64,000 nt of DNA from an uncultured Verrucomicrobiae bacterium (GTDB lineage: Bacteria; Verrucomicrobiota; Verrucomicrobiia; Limisphaerales; UBA11358), in NCBI GenBank assembly GCA_963708525.1, contig CAVPTH010000006.1, positions 194,775 through 258,774 of the forward strand. The letters run 5' to 3'. The position numbers and the translations under genes were made by a program. Below, piece after piece: positions 55,924-64,000 of this stretch; within the stretch, counting starts at the first letter, position 1, and the number at the start of each line of letters is the position of its first letter. The notes under the pieces were generated by a model, which was not told the DNA's origin, ran no database searches, and was given only the letters and a program-made list of their open reading frames with translations.

Positions 55924-56195
55924 GGACTGATTTTTAACCTGAATGTCTTTCGGGGGCTATGGGGAGTCTCCCCCGCTTAATATGGGGAGTTTCCCTGCTT
56001 AAAACAGAAAGGTGAATTTTTCTCAAGAGTCGAGGGACGAGAGACGAGGGCCTGAAAACTAAAGAAGCAAGAATGGGGAACGGCAAACATCCAACATCCA
56101 CCAGTCTTCGCTATGCTTCGCCTCGGCAAGACATCGAACATTCAATATCGAACATTGAATGTCGGAAACGGAAAAGGAGGTTGGCCCGACGGAGC

Positions 56196-57677
56196 TTAGG
56201 GCGATTTATAGACCCGGAAAAAGCGGCGGGGAAATTGAGTCGGGGTCGGGTCGGAAAAGGTGAAGTTGTCAACGGCCGCATTGGTGGACAACACCAGGCT
56301 CCAGTTCGCCGGAAGATTCGTAGACGCCTCAACGCCGTAGGTCTTGCCGGCAACGGCGTTCACGTCGAAGGAAAAAACCCCGCCGGAAAATCCGGGCGGG
56401 CCGAGGATGGGTGCGTCGCTGCTCTGCAATCGCGCCAGGCGATTGCGACTCCGCCCGTCCACACTGGTGATGTAGCTGCCCTCAATGATCATCCGGGAAT
56501 CGGGTTGGACCACCATCAACTCCAGAAAGGAGTCCGTGTTCGCGAGGAAGTTGGTGTCCAGACTGCCATCGCCGTTGAGGCGCGCAACGTTGGTGCGGCC
56601 CACGCCGTTCAGGCTGGAAAACTGTCCGCCCACGAGAACTTTGCCAGTGGGATCCACGGCGACGCAGCCGACGTAACTGTCGGCGCCGGCCATGCCATTT
56701 TGAAAGGTGGTGTCCAGGGTGCCGTTGGCGTTCAGGCGCGCAATCCGGTTGCGACTCACTCCGTTGACGGTGGTGAAGCCTCCGCCGATGACGATCTTCC
56801 CGTCCGGTTGGGGGGCGAAGCTGTCCACGTTGCCGTCGGTGACGGGCAGGAACGTGGCGTCCAACGTCCCGTTGGTATCCAGGCGCGCAATGTGGGCGCG
56901 GGCCTGGCCGTTGACGGTGCTGAAGGCGCCGCCAATCAGGACTTTGCCGTCCGCCGACATGACGAGGGCATTGGGCGGAGTGTCAAGTTGGGCGTTGTAG
57001 CCGGTGTCCAGGCTGCCGTTATTGTTGAGCCGGGCGATGTTGGTATGGGGCGCGCCGTTGACGGTTTCAAACCACCCACCGATCACAATTTGCGAATTCG
57101 TTTGCAGGCCCAGGTGGCTGACGGTGATAAACGATTGGCTGCTGTTGACCGAGGCCACGAAATTTGAGTCCAGGGTGCCGTCGGCATTCAAGCGCGCGAG
57201 CCGGATGCAGGTGGCGCCGTTGATACCGGTGAACATGCCGCCGATCAACACCCGGCCATCAGGCTGGACGGCCACGCTGTGGATCGTGGGATCGCCCGCC
57301 GTCACACTGGCATTGAAGTTGGTATCCACCTGGCCATCGGCGCTCAAGCGAACAACCTCACCCCCGGGCACGCCATTAAAGCTGGTGAATTGGCCGGCGA
57401 CGAGCAGCGAGCCATCCGGTTGCAGGGCGAGAGCCCAGACCCAGGAATTCGGTCCGGACAGGTTATTCAAGAAACTCGGGTCCACGAATCCGGCCTGTGC
57501 CCGGGCGGCGGAAGGATTTGCGAGCGCAGCTGACATCAGCAGCATAAGCCACCCGATGCGTCTGCCAGCGGGAATTGCTTGCCGTGTCCGGATAATTGCG
57601 CCACGGGTTTTCATTCGAGCGAGTTTCAAACGAGTCACCAACGACCCGGTTGTTGATATTGTCATATTACCTTTCAA
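56196..57677 (-). CDS. Secreted delta-60 repeat protein with a C-terminal '..STNL..W..VL..N....F.DP....P.RF(F/Y)RV' module
   Basis: Repeated (D/N)G(T/S)LD(T/S)(N/T/G)(F/Y) spacing (DGQVDTNF, DGTLDSNF, NGSLDTGY, NGTLDATF, NGTLDTTF, DGSLDTNF). Likely start MKTRGAII.. at 57614, with signal peptide WLMLLMSAALANPSAARA. Confidence 0.75.
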   Translation of the reverse strand: MKGNMTISTTGSLVTRLKLARMKTRGAIIRTRQAIPAGRRIGWLMLLMSAALANPSAARAQAGFVDPSFLNNLSGPNSWVWALALQPDGSLLVAGQFTSFNGVPGGEVVRLSADGQVDTNFNASVTAGDPTIHSVAVQPDGRVLIGGMFTGINGATCIRLARLNADGTLDSNFVASVNSSQSFITVSHLGLQTNSQIVIGGWFETVNGAPHTNIARLNNNGSLDTGYNAQLDTPPNALVMSADGKVLIGGAFSTVNGQARAHIARLDTNGTLDATFLPVTDGNVDSFAPQPDGKIVIGGGFTTVNGVSRNRIARLNANGTLDTTFQNGMAGADSYVGCVAVDPTGKVLVGGQFSSLNGVGRTNVARLNGDGSLDTNFLANTDSFLELMVVQPDSRMIIEGSYITSVDGRSRNRLARLQSSDAPILGPPGFSGGVFSFDVNAVAGKTYGVEASTNLPANWSLVLSTNAAVDNFTFSDPTPTQFPRRFFRVYKSP

Positions 57678-58000
57678 CCTCCCTCAAGAACAAAGCTAAG
57701 GGCTCTTAGCCTCACGTGGCAAGCATGAAGGGGTGAGCCCGGAATTTTGAACCATCTTCGCTCTTGCCGGGCTGCAGCAAAAAGGAAGGCTCCCGCCTTC
57801 TTCCGCACTACGGGATACGGCGCGGCAAGGAAAGCTGAAGGCTAAAATACATTTTGAAATCCCATTTGTGTATTTCGCGCATTTCGCGGATTGAAATCCA
57901 TGTTTATCCTCGTTGAATGGTGGTTAAAGTCCCCGCATTCATTGCGATCGGCCGTTGGCCCCGAATATCAATTTGCGATTCAGCCTTTATCCATTAACTT

Positions 58001-58639
58001 ATGCCCATACCCATGCTTCACAGGCCAGAGCGACAAAACGTTAATTATCCAATACCCCAAAACGAGGCCGAACGGCTGAATACTTTGCGCGGTTACGGGA
58101 TTCTCGACACGCACCCTGAGGACCGTTTCGATGACCTCACGCGGTTGGCCGCCTTGATTTGCAGCACACCGATTTCCCTTATCAGCCTGGTTGACGAAGA
58201 CCGGCAATGGTTCAAGTCAAAAACCGGCCTGGACGTCTGCCAAACCGCTCGGGAGGAGGCGTTCTGCGCTCACGCGGTCATGTCGTCGGAGTTGTTGTTG
58301 GTTCCTGACGCTTCCCGGGATCCGCGATTTGCATCCAATCCCCTGGTGCTGGGTGAACTGCACGTTCGATTTTACGCTGGTGCTCCGTTGACAGCACCAA
58401 ACGGACATCATCTGGGGACGTTGTGTGTCATGGACCGGGTACCGCGCGAACTGAGCTGCGAGCAATTGGAAGCCTTGCGCATTCTGAGTCGTCAGGTCAT
58501 GACCCAGGTGATATTGGGAAAAAATTTACATGACTTAAGGACCACCTTGAAGGCGAAGCAGTATTTGGAACAGGACATCGAGAAATTGATCCAGGACTTT
58601 CTTCCCAGAAGGCAAACGGAGAGTGATAGTCACCACTGA
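58001..58639 (+). CDS. GAF domain protein
   Basis: NEAERLNTLRGYGILDTHPEDRFDDLTRLAALICSTPISLISLVDEDRQWFKSKTGL...FCAHAV is the typical N-terminal context of GAF sensor proteins. No output domain. Confidence 0.75.
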   Translation: MPIPMLHRPERQNVNYPIPQNEAERLNTLRGYGILDTHPEDRFDDLTRLAALICSTPISLISLVDEDRQWFKSKTGLDVCQTAREEAFCAHAVMSSELLLVPDASRDPRFASNPLVLGELHVRFYAGAPLTAPNGHHLGTLCVMDRVPRELSCEQLEALRILSRQVMTQVILGKNLHDLRTTLKAKQYLEQDIEKLIQDFLPRRQTESDSHH

Positions 58640-58783
58640 AGTGGCCGCGCACCAGCGCCCTGACTTGCAGCGCTCGCAACCAAGCGGTCATACTGATAGC
58701 CGAAGGGCTTAAAGTTATAGGCCGCACGGGATTTGAAAACCACTTTGGCGTTTGGTGTTTGTGCTTTAACCTTTCTCGACGTT

Positions 58784-59008
58784 ATGAACCGCAGTTGGAC
58801 GCCTGAAAGTCGCGTTTCTGTCACCGAGGCCGGCATGGTCATCAAGATCAGGTTAAGTGCGATTCAGGCCAGTCGCGTGATAATGTCTGTCGATGGAGAC
58901 CAGTTAAGTGTTCGTGGACAGCATGACAATTTTGATTTGGAATCATTCGTGAAAAGGGCGATTAAGCAGGGCGAGCAGATGCTTAAGAAAAAGTGCGGCC
59001 GCCTCTGA
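58784..59008 (+). CDS. Short Hsp20/alpha-crystallin-like fragment
   Basis: MNRSWTPESRVSVTEAGMVIKIRLSAIQASRVIMSVDGDQLSVRGQHD resembles the first half of an alpha-crystallin domain (WxP..D..E......I...LPG.....I.V.V....L.I.G). The rest of the domain is missing. Confidence 0.35.
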   Translation: MNRSWTPESRVSVTEAGMVIKIRLSAIQASRVIMSVDGDQLSVRGQHDNFDLESFVKRAIKQGEQMLKKKCGRL

Positions 59009-59241
59009 ATTGGGCGACCGGGTGGCAGAAAGAGTGGGAATGGAGTATGTTAGAGGCGGCTCTGATGGCAGACAGATCTGTTCATTTGGTTCCTCCGATG
59101 TTCGGGTAGCAGCCTGTTGTCAGGGCCGTCTGCAATCAAAGTCTGAAGGCCAAAGGCCGGAATAGAAAACATTGAACTCCGAGAAGGCTGAAAATACTTT
59201 GGGAGTTGGATTTAAGTCTTCAGCCTTTTAGTCCAACACAA

Positions 59242-59631
59242 ATGAGCGGACACAAACGCATTCCCACCGACGGCGGACAAAGTTTGAAGTACAACCCCTT
59301 TGCCGGCCTGTCCAGTGCCGGACTCCCGCCCGCACCCGAAAATCCGGCAGCGGATTCCGCGTCTCCATCGAAACCTGCACCGAAGAACCGCGGGCGCGTG
59401 GATATCATTCGGCAGACGGCCGGACGCGGCGGCAAGACAGTGACGGTGGTGAAAGGATTTGTTGGCATCGGATTGCCGGAAAAGGAGCAACTGGCCAAAG
59501 CGATGCAGCGCGCCTGCGGCACCGGTGGAACGGTCAAGAACGGCCAGATCGAGATTCAAGGCGACAAACGCGCGGAAGTCGCACGCATCCTGACCGAGGC
59601 AAACTTCCGACCCGTGTTCGCGGGAGGCTAG
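59242..59631 (+). CDS. Translation initiation factor SUI1/eIF1 family (YciH-like)
   Basis: ..GRGGKTVTVVKGF...LAKAMQRACGTGGTVKNGQIEIQGDKRAEVARILTEANF. Confidence 0.85.
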   Translation: MSGHKRIPTDGGQSLKYNPFAGLSSAGLPPAPENPAADSASPSKPAPKNRGRVDIIRQTAGRGGKTVTVVKGFVGIGLPEKEQLAKAMQRACGTGGTVKNGQIEIQGDKRAEVARILTEANFRPVFAGG

Positions 59632-59698
59632 CCGCAAGCCGAAAGCCAGGAGCCAGGAAGGAACAAAATGGTTACGCCACGGGATTCAAGGGCTTGGA

Positions 59699-60211
59699 TT
59701 GCAGAATAATGAAACGGCCGTATCCCATCCGGCAGGATTTGGATCCTTAGGTCAAACTATGCATGCAGCGATTGAACTGGCGGCATTTTGGGCAGTTGCT
59801 TTTATCACGCTTTGTCTTGCGGTCCCATTATTGAGCATTTTTGGCGACGTGATTGAGAGCGACCTGGAGTTGTTGAGTCTCGGGAAGGAAGCAATCATTG
59901 CCGGCATTGCTTCGCTAATTGAAGCCGTCGGAGTCTGGCTCATAACGTTGTTTATCGACGCGAGGTATCACGGGATCGCCCTGCGAGCGATGATTATTCC
60001 CGTCATCATTGTCGTCTTGATTTACAAGATCGCGCACCTTGAAAGCTGGAGTATTTTTGAGGCCGGTTTACTCCTGGCCTTCCAAATCGTAATCAGCTGT
60101 TTCGTGGTCGCTTTGATTTCAGGGCATTTTGGAGTTGCAGTAATGATCGTGGTTATATTCGGGATTATCCTGGCCGTTATCGCTGCTCTGGCAAGGAGTC
60201 TATGGAGTTGA
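59699..60211 (+). CDS. Hypothetical integral membrane protein
   Basis: Four to five TM helices. Visibly lower GC (roughly 47-50 percent in two 60-nt lines I counted). A start at 59759 (MHAAIEL) is also possible. Confidence 0.5.
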   Translation: MQNNETAVSHPAGFGSLGQTMHAAIELAAFWAVAFITLCLAVPLLSIFGDVIESDLELLSLGKEAIIAGIASLIEAVGVWLITLFIDARYHGIALRAMIIPVIIVVLIYKIAHLESWSIFEAGLLLAFQIVISCFVVALISGHFGVAVMIVVIFGIILAVIAALARSLWS

Positions 60212-60265
60212 CCTTGTGGTTACCGGTGAGTGTCCGGAGATAAACTTCAAAATTGTTAAAGTCCG

Positions 60266-61222
60266 TCACTCGTCCGGCGTGGTGTCACCCTTTGGCAGGG
60301 AAAGGTCGGCGAGACTTACGCCTTCGCGCTCATGGAGAACGGCTTCCACCCGCGGCACATACATTTGCGTTTCCGCCGGCAGATGCCGGGCGATGTCGTC
60401 GTAACTGTGCGTTTTGTACCGGTTCAGAAGTTTCTGCACGGTACCTTCACCGGCGTTGTAGGCGGCCAGGGCCAGCCGCCAGTCATGGAAATGGCCGTAT
60501 AAATATTTCAGGTATTGGGCGGAGGCGGTCGCACTGGGTTCCGGCTGATAACGCTGGTCGCGGGGCCACAGGGATAGACCGAATCGTTTGGCAGTGTCCG
60601 GCATCAACTGAAACAATCCAGCCGCGCCCGATGGACTCAGCGCCCGGCGATCGAACGACGATTCCACTTCAGCCACCCAGACCAGCTCCGCCGGCACTTT
60701 TTGCGCGGTGAAAACCGGTTTCAACTCCGGCACCAGTTTTTTCGCCGGGGCCGGCCACGGCCGGTCTACGACTCTTTTAATCCAGATCTCCCGCTCGGTT
60801 TGCGGCGGCGGATTGGGAACCGGCTGCGGCAGTTGGTTGGTTTCAGTGCCCGGAGGTCGAATGGTTACCCGGATTTGGTCCGCGACATCGAGATAATCCA
60901 CCTGCGCCTTGAGCCACGCGGCGTAGGGTTGGGTTTCATCGCTGCTTTCCAGGAAGGCTATGGCAGTCCGGGCGGTGTCCCGCAGACCAGCCAGGTCCAC
61001 CACGTAGTTGCCCTGGTAACGCTTCTCCAGTTCCCGCAGGAATTGTTGCACCTGCGGGTCTTCCACGCTGGGAAGCGAAGTGAGAACGTTGGTGTCGAGA
61101 TTCTCCTGGGCCCATTGCTGCGCGCCTTGAACCAGGTCAGGCATTGAGATCGTATCGTCCTGCGCCCGGGCAATCAGTCGTCCGGCGAACAACAGAACTA
61201 AAATGCACCTCGACAGGTTCAT
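60266..61222 (-). CDS. Lytic transglycosylase (SLT domain)
   Basis: Signal peptide MNLSRCILVLLFAGRLIARA. Catalytic region VAEVESSFDRRALSPSGAAGLFQLMPDTA...AYNAGEG. Confidence 0.8.
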   Translation of the reverse strand: MNLSRCILVLLFAGRLIARAQDDTISMPDLVQGAQQWAQENLDTNVLTSLPSVEDPQVQQFLRELEKRYQGNYVVDLAGLRDTARTAIAFLESSDETQPYAAWLKAQVDYLDVADQIRVTIRPPGTETNQLPQPVPNPPPQTEREIWIKRVVDRPWPAPAKKLVPELKPVFTAQKVPAELVWVAEVESSFDRRALSPSGAAGLFQLMPDTAKRFGLSLWPRDQRYQPEPSATASAQYLKYLYGHFHDWRLALAAYNAGEGTVQKLLNRYKTHSYDDIARHLPAETQMYVPRVEAVLHEREGVSLADLSLPKGDTTPDE

Positions 61223-61319
61223 AAGCCAATATCGCGCTCCCATGGTCCAGTCAACTTGGTGCGTTACCGGGCCGCTGACGAGTTCAAAGTGATGCTGATG
61301 CAATTTGGCGGCGCGAGGC

Positions 61320-61382
61320 TATTTGGACTGCGGCGACATGTCGCCGCTTTGAAAGCGCGGACATGTCCGCGCACTCCAAATA
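61320..61382. repeat. REP: outer stem TATTTGGA/TCCAAATA enclosing two perfect hairpins
   Basis: tatttggactGCGGCGACATGTCGCCGCtttgaaaGCGCGGACATGTCCGCGCactccaaata. Lies just downstream of the ferredoxin gene, so it may act as a terminator. Confidence 0.75.
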
Positions 61383-61436
61383 CCCGGCTTGCGGGTATCA
61401 GTGCAATGGCGCGACAAGCGCAAAACGCCGGCCGGC

Positions 61437-61757
61437 TTAATAGCCGAGTTCCTTTTTTCGGTCGGCGGCCGTCGGCAACGGTTCCTGCTTCTTCATGATG
61501 GCTTCCTTTCCCCCCGACTTGATTTGTTTGGCCTGGGCCGCGTTGAATTCGATGTCTGACTTGAATTGCTCCGGGACATCGGCCTCGGCGTAGATGGCCT
61601 CCACCGGGCATTCCGACACACAGGCCTGGCAATCGATGCAGTCCTCCGGATGGATGACGAGTTGATTGTCCATTTCGTAGAAGCACGCCACGGGACACAC
61701 CTCCACGCAGTCGGTGAATTTGCATTTAACGCATTTATTGGTAATAACGTGTGCCAT
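61437..61757 (-). CDS. fdxA: 7Fe-type (3Fe-4S / 4Fe-4S) ferredoxin
   Basis: MAHVITNKCVKCKFTDCVEVCPVACFYEMDNQLVIHPEDCIDCQACVSECPVEAIY. Confidence 0.9.
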   Translation of the reverse strand: MAHVITNKCVKCKFTDCVEVCPVACFYEMDNQLVIHPEDCIDCQACVSECPVEAIYAEADVPEQFKSDIEFNAAQAKQIKSGGKEAIMKKQEPLPTAADRKKELGY

Positions 61758-61907
61758 AATGAATCCCTCCGATCTATTGTCCCTGCAACTTTCTACCGAT
61801 TACGCCGGTTTGCAACTGTATTTTTCCGGCCGGGCCGGGTTTCGGGCTTTAATTTAACCTGCAAAAATTGAATGGAAAAAGGCGTCTAAGTTGTGGAATA
61901 TTAACCC

Positions 61908-63665
61908 ATGGCACAGTCAGACGCAGACAACGGCAACAGTTCCGTCACTTCGATGGAGGAAATCCAGAAAGGCTGGCACAGCCTCGCGACCCGGGTGGAC
62001 CAGCTGGAAGCCGAGCGCAGCGTGCTGGAACAGGAGAACAAGGCGCTGCGGACGCTTCTGGAAAAAACCATCGAACATCGCCAGAAATCGCACGGCGAAC
62101 TGGTCAATCTGATTGCCGGTCTCGTCAGCAAGCTGCCCATCGGTGATGTCGGCGTCGTGGTTTCCCGGCTGGTGGAGCATAATTCGCATGTCAGCGAAGT
62201 TTGCGCTGCGCTGGCCAACGGCAAGATTCAAGGTGACGTCCTGCAACCGGCGATCTTGAAGGTGTTGGAGCAAACCAAACGCGACCTGGCCGACGCCATC
62301 AAGCCGACGGTGGATGAATTGATCCGACTGGAAACCCCTCTCGACACCAGGATGCTCCAGTCGCTCGACGCGTCGCCCGACTCCTTTTTTACCCAGGAAT
62401 CCATCCGGGCCAATCGCTGTTTCGTCAAAGGCCACGTGCCGCGCGAACGGATTGTCCGCGAATTCGGCGAGGCGGCGCTGGTTTGTTTCAATGATTTGAC
62501 CACGGATCCCAAATTGAATCCGCGCCCCAAACCGGAGGAAATTGTACTGGCCTTCAAAAGCGATTTCGAGGCATTGCTCCAGCAGGAGTCGACCCTGTCA
62601 GCAGACAAAAAGAAGGAACTCTCCGCCCTGCATAAGAAAATCCAGCGCAGCCGGGCGACCACTGCCGAAGCCCAGACCCAAAAGAACGTCTTTCTGAAAC
62701 TCTCGTTCGTCCTGGAATTGCTTCATTACTACAACCACCAGAACACCGAATCGCCCGAAGGCATTTTTGCCCAGCGCCTACCCGCCGTCATCGAACAATT
62801 GGTGGTCACCACCAACGATCAGGACAACGTGGACGAACAATTGATCAAGCGGGCGGAAAGTTTGCTGGCCCTGGTTGCCAGTCCCGACCAGCGGCTGATG
62901 GTTATCAATAACATCGGCAAAGGCGGCCGGTCGGGCCGGACCCTGAAATTCGTGCTCACGTTGCGTCTGGACAAGGTGCCGGAACTGGAAGGAGTGATTG
63001 CCACCCTGGTCAAACATCTCATTCCCGCTCAAAAAGCGCCGCCGACCCAGGCGGTCACTGCCGTGCTGCGGTTGATTAAACCGGAACTGCAAAAACAAAT
63101 CATCAAGGCCATTGCGACTTCGACCCGTATTCGCAAGAACGAAGCAGAGGCCCTCAGTCTGGGCGTCGGTCAGGAATTGGGTTTGAAGGACATCGAGACG
63201 GAATTGAAAAAGCCTGAAATCGCCGTCTCTCCCGAGCTGGAGCAGCGGATGGCCTGGGAAAACATCAAGGCCCGTCTCGTACAGCGGAACTCTCCCACCG
63301 AAATCACCACCGCCATCCGCGACCGCCTCCATGCCAAATACGACGCCGACGAAGTCAAACAAAGCTGGCTGGCATTGACAGCAGCGGAACCCATGGCGCT
63401 GGTACGGATTTTCTGCCTCCTGCCTTATTTACCTGACGGGCAAACCGATCCCATGGCCCAGGCGATACTGGAATCGTACGTTTCGCGGTTGACTCACGAA
63501 AAATACGCGGAGACTTACGCCAAAGTCGTGCACGCCCTGAAAAACCTCTTCAAAATCAAAGCCGACAGTCCGGCGCTGGTGAACTTTATTTCGCTCGTGA
63601 AATGGGTGAATCCCGAAGCCGCTGCCAAATTGAGCCAGGACATTGGAATGCCTCCAACCCGATAA
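61908..63665 (+). CDS. Large hypothetical protein (585 aa) with an N-terminal coiled coil
   Basis: Uninterrupted 585-aa ORF with an N-terminal heptad-like segment (VDQLEAERSVLEQENKALRTLLEKTIEH). No family recognised. Confidence 0.6.
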   Translation: MAQSDADNGNSSVTSMEEIQKGWHSLATRVDQLEAERSVLEQENKALRTLLEKTIEHRQKSHGELVNLIAGLVSKLPIGDVGVVVSRLVEHNSHVSEVCAALANGKIQGDVLQPAILKVLEQTKRDLADAIKPTVDELIRLETPLDTRMLQSLDASPDSFFTQESIRANRCFVKGHVPRERIVREFGEAALVCFNDLTTDPKLNPRPKPEEIVLAFKSDFEALLQQESTLSADKKKELSALHKKIQRSRATTAEAQTQKNVFLKLSFVLELLHYYNHQNTESPEGIFAQRLPAVIEQLVVTTNDQDNVDEQLIKRAESLLALVASPDQRLMVINNIGKGGRSGRTLKFVLTLRLDKVPELEGVIATLVKHLIPAQKAPPTQAVTAVLRLIKPELQKQIIKAIATSTRIRKNEAEALSLGVGQELGLKDIETELKKPEIAVSPELEQRMAWENIKARLVQRNSPTEITTAIRDRLHAKYDADEVKQSWLALTAAEPMALVRIFCLLPYLPDGQTDPMAQAILESYVSRLTHEKYAETYAKVVHALKNLFKIKADSPALVNFISLVKWVNPEAAAKLSQDIGMPPTR

Positions 63666-63934
63666 TCTTCGTTCACGGCAAAGAAATCGGATGCGGAATC
63701 AACCGCGAGGAAGCCAGGACGCAAAATTGGAAAACAGAACTCAGAAGTCTGAAGTCAGAAATAAGAGTCTCTCGGCGCTTCTGTGCCTCTGCAGTCAAGA
63801 TCCTCATCTCTGCTCAACACCCGCGTCGCTTATTCGCTACTTCGCTCTTGCCGAGCTTCACTGAGGCAGGCAGTTTTGGGTCGTTAAACCATGATAGTCT
63901 CAGCCACCCACGCCCTCAAACACGTCACTTGATT

Positions 63935-64000
63935 ATGAACACTACTGAATACAAACCCCTCACCATTGGCAATTGGATCCTCACATTCATCATTCTCGCT
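63935..64000 (+). CDS. Start of a membrane protein (partial)
   Basis: ATG at 63935: MNTTEYKPLTIGNWILTFIILA... runs off the window. Only 22 codons are visible. Confidence 0.3.
   Translation, partial: MNTTEYKPLTIGNWILTFIILA

Overview
GC-rich bacterial chromosomal window. It probably comes from the PVC group (Verrucomicrobiota-like). That guess rests on a PEP-CTERM protein, a BlaI/BlaR1 pair with an exotic sensor domain, delta-60 and beta-propeller secreted proteins, and many short palindromic repeat (REP) families; it is an inference, not a database result.

Gene content is mainly housekeeping: aspS, rph, prmA, rpsR, rpmG, folE2, acnA, bcp, pgsA, purE, glnS, an aminotransferase, a SUI1-like factor and a ferredoxin. 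Envelope, redox and signalling genes are interspersed: three TlpA-like thioredoxins, two peroxiredoxins, three single-domain response regulators, one hybrid histidine kinase and an M50 protease. Two mobile elements are present: a REP-associated tyrosine transposase (RAYT) bracketed by ~100-bp inverted REP arms, and an IS481-family element with ~46-49-bp terminal inverted repeats. I saw no rRNA, convincing tRNA or CRISPR array.

Two window-wide properties dominate.
1. About 25 reading-frame breaks occur in otherwise clearly recognisable genes, including the essential aspS and glnS. Where the site can be resolved it is usually a missing base in a short homopolymer. This looks like consensus (long-read type) error rather than biology. 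The alpha-glucan phosphorylase gene is a possible exception: it has six frame changes and an in-frame TGA.
2. At least six families of hairpin-forming REP/MITE-like repeats are present. Several copies sit inside housekeeping ORFs (acnA twice, glnS, prmA) as translated, mostly in-frame insertions, reminiscent of Rickettsia palindromic elements.

Other candidates for a second look:
- a BlaR1 (M56) sensor-protease fused to a secretin-like domain, with cop-box-like operators upstream of blaI
- a Cys-depleted DksA-like / L33 / S18 / Fur-family array that looks like a zinc-sparing module
- two tandem ~790-aa beta-propeller paralogues that share a C-terminal '...STNL..W..VLTN....F.DP.....P.RFYR' module with a delta-60 repeat protein
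- a His/Gly/Asp-rich mini-lipoprotein
- a small REC / 223-aa / 69-aa operon of unknown function next to the IS element

I found no classic defence, toxin-antitoxin or reverse-transcriptase system. All coordinates of frame breaks and repeat ends are from manual reading and may be off by a few bases.
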